Assembly (NCBI RefSeq): GCF_964204645.1
Contig: NC_134029.1
Coordinates: 1,302,001 to 1,366,000 of the forward strand
DNA from: Tubulanus polymorphus
Lineage: Eukaryota; Animalia; Nemertea
Direction of reading: 5' to 3'
DNA length: 64,000 nt
In this document: positions 27,457 to 41,126 of the stretch, piece by piece
Layout of the letters: every line of letters begins with the position of its first letter
How positions within the stretch are numbered: position 1 is the stretch's first letter
Translations under genes and position numbers: made by a program
The notes under the pieces: generated by a model
Seen by the model: the letters and a program-made list of their open reading frames with translations, nothing else
Databases searched by the model: none
What the model was told of the DNA's origin: nothing

Positions 27457-27772
27457 ACAAAGGGAGAGGGTAGAGAGGAGAGGGAGAGGGAGAGGGGAGA
27501 GGGGAGAGGGGAAGGGAGAGGGGAGAGTGGAGAGGGAGAGGGTAGAGAGGAGAGGGAGAGGGGAGAGGGGAAGGGAGAGGGGAGAGGGGAGAGTGGAGAG
27601 GGGAGAGCGGAGAGGGGAGAGGGGAGAGCGGAAAGGGGAGGGAAGAGCGGAGAGGGGAGGGAAGAGCGGAGAGGGGAGAGGGGAGAGGGGAGAGTGGAGA
27701 GTGGAGAGGGGAGAGTGGAGAGTGAAGAGGGGAAAGTGGAGAGGGGGAGGGGAAAGGGAAGAGCGGAGAGGA
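27457..27772. repeat. Polypurine (GGAGAGG-like) low-complexity tract
   Basis: ~315 nt almost purely G/A on +; accounts for the spurious Pro/Ser/Leu and Arg/Gly/Glu ORFs. Confidence 0.92.
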
Positions 27773-28126
27773 TACTTGAAACATATAGTTAGAATATGAT
27801 GATGATTGGTTTCCGTTCAAATGAATTTTTCATACGCACAAACCGAGTTGAATTAAATCAACAATCGTGATATCTGATTCCTATATTCCATCATTTAAAC
27901 AAGCGCATGCATTTTTTAGAGTTTCACGTGATGCGAGGTGAAATTTGCAGAGATACAGAAATTATCGGCTCCATTTGCGATGAATATAGAACAATTAGCG
28001 CTCATATAGTTCTATGCTATGAACTCATTGAGGTGGGAATCTAACACAATCAGACAGCCAGTCAACACACCTGACTGGTCACCGCGCTGACCATGGGACA
28101 GACTAACTTACAAACTGTCGCTATAC

Positions 28127-28198
28127 AGCTCGGTCGTCTAGTGGTTAGAACAGGCGGTTTGAGTGTCGGAGGTCTCGCGTTCGAGCCTCGGTATGCTG
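28127..28198 (+). mobile_element. tRNA-derived SINE head or tRNA pseudogene
   Basis: A-box-like TCGTCTAGTGG and B-box GTTCGAGCC at tRNA spacing; no clean cloverleaf. Confidence 0.5.
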
Positions 28199-29138
28199 TC
28201 GATATCCATTAGGTTTTATTTTGCCTTCCTTGTAGAAAACTTTTTTTCGATGATAAACTGCTCTTCCTTGAACAATAATGGATGCATCAGTCGCATATCT
28301 CAAATGACATATCTCGCATTTCTCTCATATCTCAGATGATACTTTGCCTTCTCCTGCGAGAAACACTAAACGATCCCTGGTTTTTGGACTTGTCGAGCAA
28401 TTTAATCATTTCGATAAAGGAACATTAACTTCGAATAAAACAAGAAGACGGAATCACTCTACGCCTGGTGCTCAGACGTCGAGTGATCGCAGGAAACAAT
28501 GATCTCTTTCGTCAGAGATTATTGACCACATATCGGGAGCAGTGAAACTCAATTAATGCTTTCTGCTAATTATTTATGTGGTATTCCGTATTTCAGTGTC
28601 TCATCAGAGTGCCTGAACATACAACGAATTAATGACGATCAATTAGTTATGGTGGCATGCTTTTAATTTCTAGAATCGCGCGGCATCATCGACCCGCTTA
28701 TATCATTCCCAGGCACAGATCCCTCGACGAATTCATATCATTCAATTTTATTCATTCTACATAAAATCTCGCACCAGGATTCAGTTTTTCTGAGTTAAGA
28801 TTAGATCGTTTTCAATTATTTTTAGCCAAAGCTGTGGAACTGCGGCCTGAAGACTCATTCATCTTTTCATCATGACAAATAAACACCCTTAACACGCAGT
28901 AACCATTCACACTTGTCACAACCTGTGACCACGAGAACTGTGCTGTGAATACAAAGGAATGAATTAAGAATTTATGAATATCGCCTCCCGATAGAATACA
29001 CCCAGTTCTCAATGAGAGTTGTGCTGTTGATGCAGACGTTCATTTAGCGATGATGACAAAAAATTGTGACCCACCACAAAATTAAATTAGCAACTCCTCA
29101 GTGTGTCTATCATACGTGTAGAGCATATGATGTTGCAG

Positions 29139-29445
29139 CCAGTTTCACAGTTCAGGACTCAGTTCCACAGTTCAGGACTCAGTTCCACAGTTCAGGACCC
29201 AGTTCCACAGTTCATGACTCAGTTCCACAGTTCATGACTCAGTTCCACAGTTCAGTACCCAGTTCCACAGTTCATGACTCAGTTCCACAGTTCAGGACTC
29301 AGTTCCGCAGTTCAGGACTCAGTTCCACAGTTCAGGACTCAGTTCCACAGTTCAGGACTCAGTTCCACAGTTCAGGACCCAGTTTCGCAGTTCAGGACTC
29401 AGTTCCACAGTTCAGGACTCAGTTCCACAGTTCAGGATCCAGTTC
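29139..29445. repeat. 20-bp minisatellite (~15 copies) derived from the MITE-A terminus
   Basis: Unit AGTTCCACAGTTCAGGACTC contains the MITE-A left end; the array trails into a degenerate MITE body to ~29560. Confidence 0.9.
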
Positions 29446-30486
29446 TGTTGTTCACCAACACCACTACTGCAGTTCTGGACCCAGTTCAACAATTCTGGAC
29501 CCTGTTCCACAGTTCCCGGTCAAGATTTGACTCTAAGACTAGAAATTGGACATGAACTTCTTAAGTCAAACCTAGTCCGGCAACTTTGAGTCGACAGAGA
29601 ATAAGCCTACTGACACCGCCCCCCTGCTCCCGCCTCCCCCAGCTCCCTCTCCCCTGCTCCCGCCTCCCCGTAGCTCAGGAACTGTGTCATGATGCTTAGA
29701 GTTTGCATACACACACACTCAGAGCTCAGAGCTGGTGACATTTCATGATTTCGTGATCAACCGAAATTTCTTCTCACGTTGAAAACTATTGTCTTTGATG
29801 GATTTCTCTTGCTTCACCGACATTACCGCAACAACACACGCGTCTCATTAAACAATTATTCACCGCTAAAATTCATCCGTTAACGAATAGAAAATAGAAA
29901 CAGCCATCGGGAAATACACCGTTAACAACCACATACAACCGACATTTCGCGTAACGATTTTAATTTGAAACTCTTATAAAACAGAACCCTTTGAAACTGT
30001 GGAATTCCCAGTTAATTTTCACTCTAATTATTATTATCTGATGTGGTTTGATAACGAAGATAAATATGCACCTTATGATCTACCATACATCTGCAGTCAG
30101 GAGTGCTCCAACAATATCATAACCCTTCTAAGCCCAAACAGTCAAGCAGTGCCTTTTTCAAAATACAAAATCTGAAACAGTTATGTAACCTGCGTGTATT
30201 GTAGAATTAAGAATAGAATAGTATTATGAGGAAGAAATCTAGAATCTGAATTGATAATGGTTAATTTCTGGCACCGGTCGTGACAAACGGTGCCTCGGAA
30301 GAGAAGTGACATTTCGATTTGATAATGTGAGCCATTTTCAAAACTGATTTGTTATAAAACGTCGAAACATTTTTCTCTTATTCAGTCTTCATAATTGTGA
30401 TTTTTTGAAGTCATTTGTTTTAAGAAGTCGATGATGGTTTGTGTTTTGCTGATTTCTAAATCTATTTCAGGTGAATTCAATTCGCA

Positions 30487-33400
30487 ATGATTGTCGTTCA
30501 AGTCGCTGTCGTCGCTTTATCGTTTGTGTTCGTCTTAAAAAGTAAGTAATGAGCCGAAAGAAACGAAACAAAAAAAAAAATTTCGACATATCTCACATCA
30601 AAGAAACGGCGGAAAATTTCATCAGATTGTTTACAGAATGTCTGTTCGTGGATTCTTTAATCACTAGTTTCGGAAAAGCTTCAGAATTCGTCTTTTCAAA
30701 CTTTAAGGGATTGGTCGGAAAAACTTTCCTTACTGAAAAAAAAATCACTCGATATTATTTTTTTTGCGAAAAATATGCGATGAATAATAATATCGTAATA
30801 GCGTATATCGGGAAAATATCAGATACCAAATGACCAATTCCCATAAAACTAGTGAAACAACTGAAGATAATAGTGGATATTGATTGGAGGTCTAGGATGG
30901 TAAATTACAGAACGCCGAGGCAAGTTTGTGAGAACTTAACCAGCTGTAGTCTTACTGTAGCTACTGACGTCTCCTTGTGATTCACAGTTACAGGTTACAT
31001 TAGCGCTGACAGGACCCGATACACTAAACAGTTTAGGGATTGAATTCGCTACTCGACTCACTTGATCTCTGCCTACAATTTAGCTAATCATTTACACAGA
31101 TCTCAAGAAACTTTTCCGGACCCGGTTCCACAGAGTTCAGAGTGAAATGAAACCTGCGCGACTGTGGAACTGGATCAAAGTTTAACCCACACAACTGTGG
31201 AACTGGATCAAAGTTTAACCCACACAACTGTGGAACTGGATCAAAGTTTAACCCACACAACTGTGGAACTGGATCAAAGTTTAACCCACACAACTGTGGA
31301 ACTGGATCAAAGTTTAACCCACACAACTGTTGAACTGGGTCCAGAGTCAAATTTAACCACAAAACCGTTAAAATGGTTTCAGGGACAGATTAGACCCACA
31401 CAACAACTGTGGAACTAGATTCAGAGTTAATTCTAACCCGCATTCAACTGTTGAACTGTGAGGTTTTGAATACTGATGGCGCAGGACAAGAGAGGAACTC
31501 TTAGTAATCTAAAGTCAATATCCCTATGATTCGATGCAGTAGTTTATGATTGAATCGAACCTGAATTTGAATGTTTTGAAATTATTTAGTGGTTCTATTC
31601 ATTAGTTCCGCAGTGACATTCATCGCTATAGAAATTGTCGATTTGCGCCGAAGAGATTGATTAAATAATTCTCGTAGGAATCGAGAAGCTGAAACTTTTG
31701 TCCAATCCATCACTGGTTTCTACTGTATGAGATATTCCTCTGAGTCCTACTTACACCGAGTTCAACTACACCTAAAATAAGAGAGATTTACAAGATGATT
31801 TACGAATTCTGGACCCGCACTGTGGCAAAGTCGCAAGTCTTCCTAAGACCAAAATAGGAGCCAAGTATGATGGTAATGATATAATAACGAATGTATTTTG
31901 TCGATGATAAAGACATTTACAGTGTTTCATATGAATTGTTTTGCGATATAGTGTAATAATGGAATAACAGGAGACCCAGCAATACGCGAGTCCGATCCCT
32001 CTTACAGATCCGCACAAGGAATGGAAAACGACGCCAGTTGAGCCGAGTGAGTTAGTCACACGCGTTACAGATATCATATAGAATTGATATTAGAATCGGT
32101 TGATTAGTTGAGAACTATGCGTTGCGGCTGAGCCTCGATAAACAGCTAATTACAAAACTGTCTGCAGGGCTGTTTACAGGTTCAGGGGTCATTCGTCAGC
32201 TTATATCGACACCTACACATACATCACATTCTATACGTGACGAGTTTACGATTTCTATACAGGAAACAATTATGAAATGATGATAGACGAATTCCCGGAG
32301 GTGAAGAGACATTAATTAATCATTTATAAACTCATTTCACTCGCCGTGTGGAATTATTAACAAAACTCTCTCCTCACCCATCGTCTTATGTAAGTGATCA
32401 AAATTTAATCAACCCCCAGCAGGAAACCTGGCTGTAAGGAGATATGACGTCATCGCCTTGTGAATGAATGAAAGGAAACGAGTAGTTTTCACTCGCTATG
32501 AACAGCGCTGAGGAGTTTGTAACATTATTTATGAGGTTTTATCAATAAGAAGCGGGAATTCTATTCATACGATATCAATTATCAATATCAATTAGATACA
32601 TATTAACAATCTGCATTAGATTTCCGCTTCCTCGGTTTACATTCAAATATATATTGACTGAAGAAGGGATGTTTATTTCTCAATGAATAAATACTGAAAT
32701 GATAAGCATGATTTTAACACATAAAACGTAGAAGATAATATAAGTTATTAAGGGTTAAGTCTAGAGACTGGTTCCAATTTAACATTGATAAAAACACTCG
32801 TGAGTCCGTGCTGAACGATAATATCAAATCAGAGTCCGAGATGTTTCCTAAAGCCAGTAGTTCATTCAACGTTTCGACAATATCATAACAATCATCTTCA
32901 GTAATACTGTCCTGATCTGAGTCTGATACTCGTGGTCTAAATGATAACCCACAACTACCGATCAAATGATATATCTTATTCATACACGGTTTATTTCACG
33001 CGCTGCTTCTTTTCCCCGTTTTTTTTGCAGGTAGTCTTTGTAATCCTGACGCTAAAAGACTTTACGATGACCTGATGAAGAAAAGCGGATACAACAAACT
33101 GATCAGACCGGTCGGCAATAATTCAGATAAACTGACTGTTTATCTAACGATGAAGTTATCGCAGCTTATCGATATCGTAAGTCTAAAATATGTGTTCAAA
33201 AAACTGATTCCATCAATAAGTAAGAAATAAGTAAGAAACGGTTTTAAGAATCGTTCCCTGTCACTGTACGCCGTGCGCCGTTTAGGTTTCTTAAGTAAAT
33301 AGTCACTTGAGCATTGAAGTCAAACCCAAAATTCAGGAAAAGACTATCGGAGTTCATTCAAGGTTTCGACCGAAAATACCACGAGCCATTTCAAAATATT

Positions 33401-36400
33401 CAAATTCTATCAATTTCAAAGTCTTAAAAATGGCTCGTGGTGAATTGAAGATTGAAGAAAAACCCTTCATAGTGTTTTGAGTCAAAATAATAAAAGTCTA
33501 AGGATTCTTTGTGTTTTAATGTTTATCTTTAGTGCGATCAGGATTAGAAATACAAGATAGTGATAATAGTCATCTGAATATCACCGCATTTACGATGAAT
33601 TCAGACAATGTTGTTCGTTGATATTTACAATCCGTTTAAAATGGATTCTGTCAGTTATTAACCTTATGACTGAGACAACTGGCGAGAGCGAGCGAGAACA
33701 AGCGAGAACTGATCCTCAGGGAAAACAGGTTGTAATCATTACCTTACAGAATTCCCTCGAAGAGACCAAAATGACACCCACGGGACCACGTCAAATATGA
33801 TCTTGTGTCTACAACACTCTATTGATTTATTAACAGTAGCTCAATCCATATCATTCAGGTTTCAGAGGAGATAAACTTGGAAAAAGAATCTACTAATAGT
33901 GTATAAACAAAACTTAGAAAGGATGTGTATTAGCTTCTTTTTATATCCGGAATGAACTAGATTTGTCCATAGACAAGTTGAATATGAAACGTCGAACGTG
34001 CCTGGAACATCTAATCTCTCTCTCTCTTGTTATACGAATAACGATTTGTGATGAAAGTCCAACAGATATTCTAGAAGTAGTGTAGTGTTCTTGTGGTATT
34101 TTTCTACGCCCACGTCGTGATTACTAATGCCTGGAAGCGACCGCGCGTGTAGGCAGACCCTACCCCTACCGCTGATACTGCGGTTAATTCGATATTGAAA
34201 CTATTGTATGTGAGCTGTGATATGAAGTAAGTTACGGCGACGTTTTGACGCATACGCACACACACACGTGTGTCATCAATCGGAACAGCCAAAAATCAAT
34301 CTGTTTGCCTGATATTAATTTCGTGTCTAGATTTACAGCCGGTGGTGATAAAGTCCTGTCAGTGTCTGTGAATACGAGTTCGATTTCGTCATACCGAATT
34401 TCACAATCATTGATTGAGTCCAAGAAGTCATCGCACGATTTCTCATCGCGTGTTGAATCTAATATTCTTGAATTTATATAACTCCGTAGAAAAACCTTAA
34501 AGTTAGAGCGAATCAAATTCCTGCACTGATTTGTAACGAGAAAGATGAATTCCGAAAGTTTCCTTAAAGCTAATTATTTATTGATTCGACGTTTCAAATA
34601 TAACCGAATAGTCATCTTCACGAAAGATTATAGTCGAATCGTCGAATCATTAAATCATTAGCTTTAAAGAAACTTTTTGACTTCATTTGTTCTCGTTATA
34701 ATAGTGTTAGGTTATCGTCACAACACGGACACAGCGTTTCACCAATGGTTATCTCTCGAATAATGATATGAATTCTAGGAATTCTCTTTAATTTTCCGTA
34801 ATTATCGATCGGTTTTAGCGGCTGAGCGAACTTTTAAAAACTCATGCAGTAAATAAAAAAAAGACAGCTCAAGCTCAACCGCATTTGCCATCACTCTCGT
34901 TAATAAGAATTTTCTCCACCAAATTAACAGCAAGCTTCACTGAACTAGCTGTGTACCGTTGACATTCGGGGAGTTAATAAAAATCTGTCTCGACCCAGCG
35001 GCACAGCGAGGTAAAAGTGACGGCAAAATGTTGCCATACGGGAATTGCTTGCCGACAAAAACACTTTGTTATTTGACAAGATCACCACCAGTCATAAAGC
35101 ATAATCAATCAAATAGTGTCCACTAGTAATATCGGAGTGCATCCCGTTCACTCTCTGTGGCAATCTGAATCGTGTAGATAGAATATTAGCAAACAACTCC
35201 ATATCGAAAATACGACCAGTTTCGTTTGTATTTGTCCCTTTCTAAGAGATTAATGTTTTTTTTTTAATACTAAGGAGAGTTGTGGAGGAGCCGTGATAAC
35301 GTGGAATCAGTAAAACGTAGACCAAATTATACTTTGAAGTTTCACTAGAATTGTTTTATTCGCTACCCACGAAAATGAGCGAACTACTGTAATAGATATT
35401 TTCGATAAGTTGGATATTTCATTTTTTATTTTCAAAGAATAACTCCTGGGGCCAGTTGCATAGTCATGGCTTAGATTTAAGACTGGTCTAAAACCAACTA
35501 AGTTCTATACTCGATCTAACAACTTAAGACCAGTCTTAAGATTTAAGACCACTTTTGGACTTAAGTCACGACTGTGCAACTGGGCCCAGGCCGTAATCGA
35601 GTTTAAGACCAAGGGCAGCGAAACAGAAGAGAGGTTTTTTTACGGTGGTAATGAATGCTATTTCGAGTCGTCTCGTAGTTCGTGACTCTGCTTTCTATGA
35701 TTGATCGATGGTTCATAAACCGACCGCCGCTCTTATCGTTATCGCTTTCAGGAAACAATTTCACTAACTGTTGATAATTTCCTATTCAATTTAGCAATAC
35801 GATGATGATACTTAAGCTTCACAGTCACCATCACCGCTGTCATATAAATGGTAATACAGAAATTGAGAGATCTGCCATCTACATACGAAAAAAGCAAATC
35901 ACCAAATCCACAGTCTGATATTAGTTATAATTTGATACCATTCGATTGAAACATCGGGAATGAACTAATTTAGGAAACTCAACCGACAACTGTGAAACTG
36001 GGCCTATGACCGTAATTAAAGTACACAATTTTTCTTGATTGCTATTCCAGTTTATTATCCAAATAATCATTGACATCAACGAAGGAATAAGCGATATGGC
36101 TGAAACGAAGTCGAGTGGAATAAAAATCTTAAGATACTTTGTCAAAAATAGCTAAAAGCAACGGTGATTCATGAGCGCTTCGAGAGATTTTCTAATAAGA
36201 TTAAATAGCATATATTTATAGCTGAAAATGCGGTACGGCTTATTCCAAATATAGGAAAGCCATTATATATAAGATAGAATATTCTTGTAAAGGACTTGTC
36301 ACTTCTTGGGAATAAGTTCTGAGAAGCATCATACTGATACAGAAGACAAATCACGTATGAATATTATAGAACACATTCTGCTTGGTTCTAAGATTCCTTG

Positions 36401-39400
36401 TAGTATAAGACCGGTTTTAAGACTGGTTGTGGTAAAACTGGTTCTAATTTCCTGGTTGTACGATTCGTTAGAGTATCTCGGGCCCGGGTTAAGCATTATT
36501 ATGATGAATCAATGTTGTGTATATTCGGTTCGTTGAAGGCAATCGATTCGCTGTCGAGTGGATAAAGTTTACTCTATTCGATAAGCACTGCTAACTGTTT
36601 GATCAAGCGTGAAAATCCTCGAGTTGAGTTGATTACAAACTCTAGAATTCTTAAACTGATCTCCCAAATAGCCCTCCATCAACCACAACAGCGCCGTAAA
36701 AACAAATCCAATCCCCAAATTGATATCGTAATGATGCTAATATTGAATAATGAAACTATGAAACGCAATGAAGTAATGTATATACAAGTGTTGTTATAGC
36801 AAATTAGCTATTTGGAGTTGTATCTGCTTTGAGATGCTGTTGTTTTCTACGAAAACTAACGTAAAAACTAACTTACATTTTCTTGATTATTCAGGACGAG
36901 AAAAATCAAATAATGACGACAAACGTTTGGCTGCAGCAGGTAAAATATAAATGCTGACGAATGAATGAATGGATCTTCCCGAATTGTTTCGATGATATTC
37001 GCAATATATGAGATAATTGGCTGCGCACACATCAGTCAGGGGGATGAGAAGGATAATAGAAAAGAGGAATGACAAGAAAGAAACGAACAAAAAAAGGAGC
37101 AACAGTTTATAAGAAAAATAGCAAAAAATATAAACATGCATGAGTGTGTATGTGGTGATGAAATGGCGATGTTGAATGGAAAACACTCTATGTATTTTCA
37201 ATTGATATTATCATTGATGCGGTCAATACCCGACCATTCACATCCCAGACCCTCATCTCTCAGACCAAGATAAACACTCATAGAACCGCATAGAACATAC
37301 ATTCATTTGTGGCATCAAGAGATTTATTTGATTTCGGTTCTGTGAAAGCATCTCTTTAGACATAACGTCTCCTCTCGCGAGATTTCATCCAATGTCGCGA
37401 GAACTCGGGTAAACATCTTCCGTATAGACGACAAATATCAGTTATCAGTTTGATGCATTTCGACATGTTTCAGTAATTATTTCCACTACTCGGCTTTAGT
37501 TTACTGAAGATCGTAGAATAGCCGCGCTCGGGCCTGGTAAATAGATGATCTAAAGTCACCATATAAGGCACCAATTAAACAGCCAGCTGGCTAGTACTGG
37601 GTCCTTCATAACCATATCGAGCACTTTGAATTGTATGTACGGGTTATGACTGTGTAACTGTTACTGAAAAATAGGCATACTTTACTATATATAATCAAAA
37701 GGTTGACAAACTAAGTTTATTAGAAATTGAAAATTAGAATTCAAAAATACACAACGCCTCGGACTCACAATGAAGACTATCGGTCGCACCTCAGGGTCAC
37801 CTGACGACGGTTTTTGTTGGGGTGAATGCGAGGCTTTTGCAGAGCTTTGGTTATGTTACTGGGGGGTAGAAATAGGCCATTCTGCATCTGAAGAAAAGAT
37901 TACTAGAATTTCTGGGTCGAGGTGTCCTGCTTGATTCGGAATACGGGCTATTCTAAAATGAAAATAATCATTTCCAGAACGAACAAAGTTTTTCTGACGA
38001 TGAAAGATTATCATCATCGGTGTAGAAAGATTCTGCCGCTTGTTCTGCGCGAATCCGGAACAGAAATAATTGGAGACCAGTTTATCGGAAATCAATGGCA
38101 AAACACAATCGGTATAAGTGGCGGCAGCGTATGTCATCCCGAGAACTTGTTCCGACTCTCCTCTCTTCATCGCACCGCAAACTCTTCATCACAACTAAAG
38201 ACGGAATAAAATTATCATAAATCGTATCGATTCATCGACGTATTTGCCAATTTGATTTACCGAAAGCGGTATTGAGACTAATGAAGACGTTATGGGCCTC
38301 GGGGGTGAATTTAACATGATGAAACTTATTCGCTCTCAAAGAGATAACAACATGAGTCTCCAAACTCGACGCTCTTTCAATTCTCTCCTAATATTCTTCG
38401 GGATATACGAGCGTCGTCATGGGGCGGATGAGCGCCGGGGCCGTGACCTACTAGCCTTTGAAGAGTATCGATAAATTCCTGAGTCCCATGTGTGACACAC
38501 GCCGAGGACAGTTGGTGGGAGCAGCCAAATCACTGATCCCAGTTTCTCAAAACGGTTTTCGCCCTAATTTATAATTTCTTCGTTAACTCACTATATCTGG
38601 AATCGATTTTAAGGGAAATCTTCTTTGTGCAACTAGGCCAGGTTGCCTTTCACTACGTCCATTAGTCTAAGGGATATTCAACTGAAAGCTTGTATATATA
38701 AGCATATTTCATGAAGGTTTTTTTTTCTCGAAGAAATGGTTAATCTATGATGTGCGTAACTATGTATGTTCTATTTTGTTTCAGGAATGGATGGATTATA
38801 AATTGAAATGGGACCCGGTTGAATACGGAGATGTAACAGAGTTATACGTTCCCTCAGAAGAGATCTGGTTACCTGATATCGTGCTCTATAATAAGTAAGC
38901 CGAGACGATCATTAGTTATGATAACTCAGCGCTCGATCTATGATGAATTATTTAACGTAGAACGAAGACATTCTTTTTACAGTTTGTTATCAGTATCAGT
39001 ATACTTACAATGAACATTTCTAGTTTGTACAAGTATTTGACTCATATGTGATTCTTATTTCAATTAAGCGAAATGAATTCCCCCCTTGTTTCTAAATCAT
39101 GCATAGAGACAATTCAGCACTTATGTTGTCAACTAGATTCTGAAGTAATTAAATGGTATTTTGCTCGTTAACTTCTGCGCTAGTGCCAGGACCTTCCTCA
39201 CATGGTTCTTATTTCAATGAAGCGAACTTCCCCTTACTTTCTAAATCGTGTAGAGAAAATGCAGCACGTCTTTACCGCTGATAAGTTGTTGATAATGAAA
39301 TGGTGAACGTCGGTTGTTGACATTTTAACGTATGTTGTAAATTCCAGCGCTGATGGAAACTACGAAGTGACGTTGATGACGAAGGCAACGTTGAACAGTA

Positions 39401-40874
39401 ACGGTCTCGTGGAGTGGATGCCACCGGCTATATACAAGAGTTCGTGCACGATCAACGTCGAATTCTTCCCGTTCGATCAACAGTTGTGTACGATGAAATT
39501 CGGTTCGTGGACCTACGACGGATTTCAGGTCGATTTAAAACACGCCGAACAGAACGAGAAAGAGGAAGGCGAAGTGATCATCGGGAACGGCACGAATATG
39601 GAGGAATTTTACGAGAGTGTCGAATGGGACATTCTCGACGCTCCGGCAAAACGAAATATCAAATATTATCCTTGTTGCGTCGAGCCTTATCCCGATATTA
39701 CATTCAATGTTACTATGCGTAGAAAAACGTTATTCTACACGGTTAACCTGATCATACCCTGCGTGGCCATCTCGTTTTTGACGGTACTTGTATTTTACTT
39801 GCCATCGAATAGCGGCGAGAAGATTGCCCTGTGTATATCTATTCTGATTTCATTGACTGTGTTCTTCCTGTTGTTGGCCGAAATCATTCCGCCGACGTCA
39901 CTAGTCGTACCGTTGATAGGGAAGTATCTACTGTTCACGATGATATTGGTCACGTTGTCTATCATCGTGACTGTCGTCGTGCTAAACGTACACTATCGGT
40001 CGCCGTCGACGCACACGATGTCACCCTGGGTGCGCAAAGTGTTTCTGAACATACTTCCCAGGTTGCTGTTGATGCAGAGACCTACACCAGACAAGGACGA
40101 TGATTTGGACTTCACGACCACGGCTGAAGAGAATAAAAACGCCCGCGGTATTAGTTTCCGAGCTCGTAGTAATTTTGTGTATGTCAGTACAGATGATTTG
40201 ATGGCTGATCCTGACAACCCGACAGGTATACGACCAATACACATCTCAACGCAAGTTCAAAGAGCGTTAGAAGGCGTTAGATTCATAACGGACCATCGTA
40301 AAAATGAGGACCGGGAGGAACAGGTTTGTCTAACACTCCAGAAGGCCGTGTTGTCTTCTTCGCACATCTCTCTTGTCAATCCAGGTTCCATGGGTTCGAA
40401 TTCTAGTGATGATAGCAAAGGATTTTTCATGCCTTAAAGGCAAAAGAAACTTCGATCCTGCTAAAACCTGTTCTGACTGGCATCGTTAACATTAATACGA
40501 AATCTCAGAAAATCTTACCAGAAATAATTTTCCAACCTCAACATCTCGATGAGGGATCATTCATTAATTACGTACGCATAAAATTTGAATTTTTCAACCC
40601 CCCTCCCCCTCTGTACGTAAAATCGGCCATTTTTTTCGTATACATTAAGCATTACAGTACGCAATCATCGTGCCTCCCTTAATGCGTACGTAATAAATGA
40701 ATGACCCCTGATTTGTTTAATTTATTTCAGGCAAGAGAAGACTGGAAATACGTAGCTATGATTCTCGATCGACTGTTTTTGTGGATATTCACGACCGCCT
40801 GTGTTGTCGGTACACTTGGTATAATTATACAGGCCCCGATGCTTTACGATGACCGGGAACCGATACGCAGGTAA
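30487..40874 (+). CDS. Nicotinic acetylcholine receptor alpha subunit, paralog 2 (~491 aa)
   Basis: Exons 30487-30541 (signal-like [18 protein letters not shown]; exon begins 30471), 33031-33176, 36895-36939, 38785-38894, 39348-40323, 40731-40874. Same 146/45/110-nt exon sizes as paralog 1. Cys-loop [28 protein letters not shown]4 exon [18 protein letters not shown]. Possible terminal exon 41293-41332; AATAAA at ~41598. Confidence 0.93.
31161..31340. repeat. 33-bp minisatellite (~5.4 copies) derived from the opposite MITE-A terminus
   Basis: Unit ACTGTGGAACTGGATCAAAGTTTAACCCACACA. Confidence 0.9.
32863..32906 (-). ncRNA. Degenerate hammerhead copy (same family as 5671)
   Basis: CUGAAGA...GAAACGUU core kept but stems mismatched. 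Similar decayed copies at ~22665-22708, ~34585-34645, ~50940-51020, ~51535-51635, ~56180-56220, ~62565-62642. Confidence 0.5.
35449..35586. mobile_element. Palindromic MITE family B (GGNCCAGTTGCA TIR, TTAAGAC subrepeats)
   Basis: TIRs GGGCCAGTTGCA / TGCAACTGGGCC. Related copies at ~22850-22975, ~48240-48370, ~53715-53830, ~55500-55620, ~63130-63210. Confidence 0.75.
40553..40708. mobile_element. MITE (same family as 6349-6507) with TGA target-site duplication
   Basis: TGA|GGGATCATTCATTAATTACGTACGCA ... TGCGTACGTAATAAATGAATGACCCC|TGA. Confidence 0.85.
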
Positions 40875-41084
40875 TGTATCGTCTATCATAGAGCTCAGGA
40901 CGCCGTGTTCCGCGGTTGTGAGTTCAGTTTTTACTCTGGCATTCACAATAAATTTAACAGATTCAAATAGAACTATAACCACACTCAAACGTGGTGAACG
41001 GATAATAAGATAAAATCCCACTATTTACAGATTAAAAGAATTTAAAAACAAGAATTTATTTATTAAATCTAAATTATATAAAAG

Positions 41085-41126
41085 ACACGACGTTTCGATC
41101 TCACCCTAGAGATCATCGTCAGGTGT
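41085..41126 (-). ncRNA. Minimal type I hammerhead ribozyme (second family, GUC cleavage triplet)
   Basis: ACAC-CUGACGA-U-GAUCUC(UAGGGU)GAGAUC-GAAACGUC-GUGU: intact core, perfect stems I and II. Confidence 0.88.

Noticed and set aside
27455-27820. Pro/Ser/Leu- and Arg/Gly/Glu-rich ORFs
   Set aside because: Low-complexity purine tract with no splice or domain support.
29066-29555. 154-aa and 93-aa repetitive ORFs; CRISPR-like appearance
   Set aside because: Translations of a head-to-tail 20-bp minisatellite. No unique spacers, no cas genes, eukaryotic context.
31084-31418. Repetitive ORFs on both strands
   Set aside because: Artefacts of the 33-bp tandem repeat.
39787-39830. Anion-selective or non-alpha receptor hypothesis
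   Set aside because: All three paralogs keep GEK (E-1') with no PAR-type motif, plus the vicinal cysteines and aromatic-box residues.
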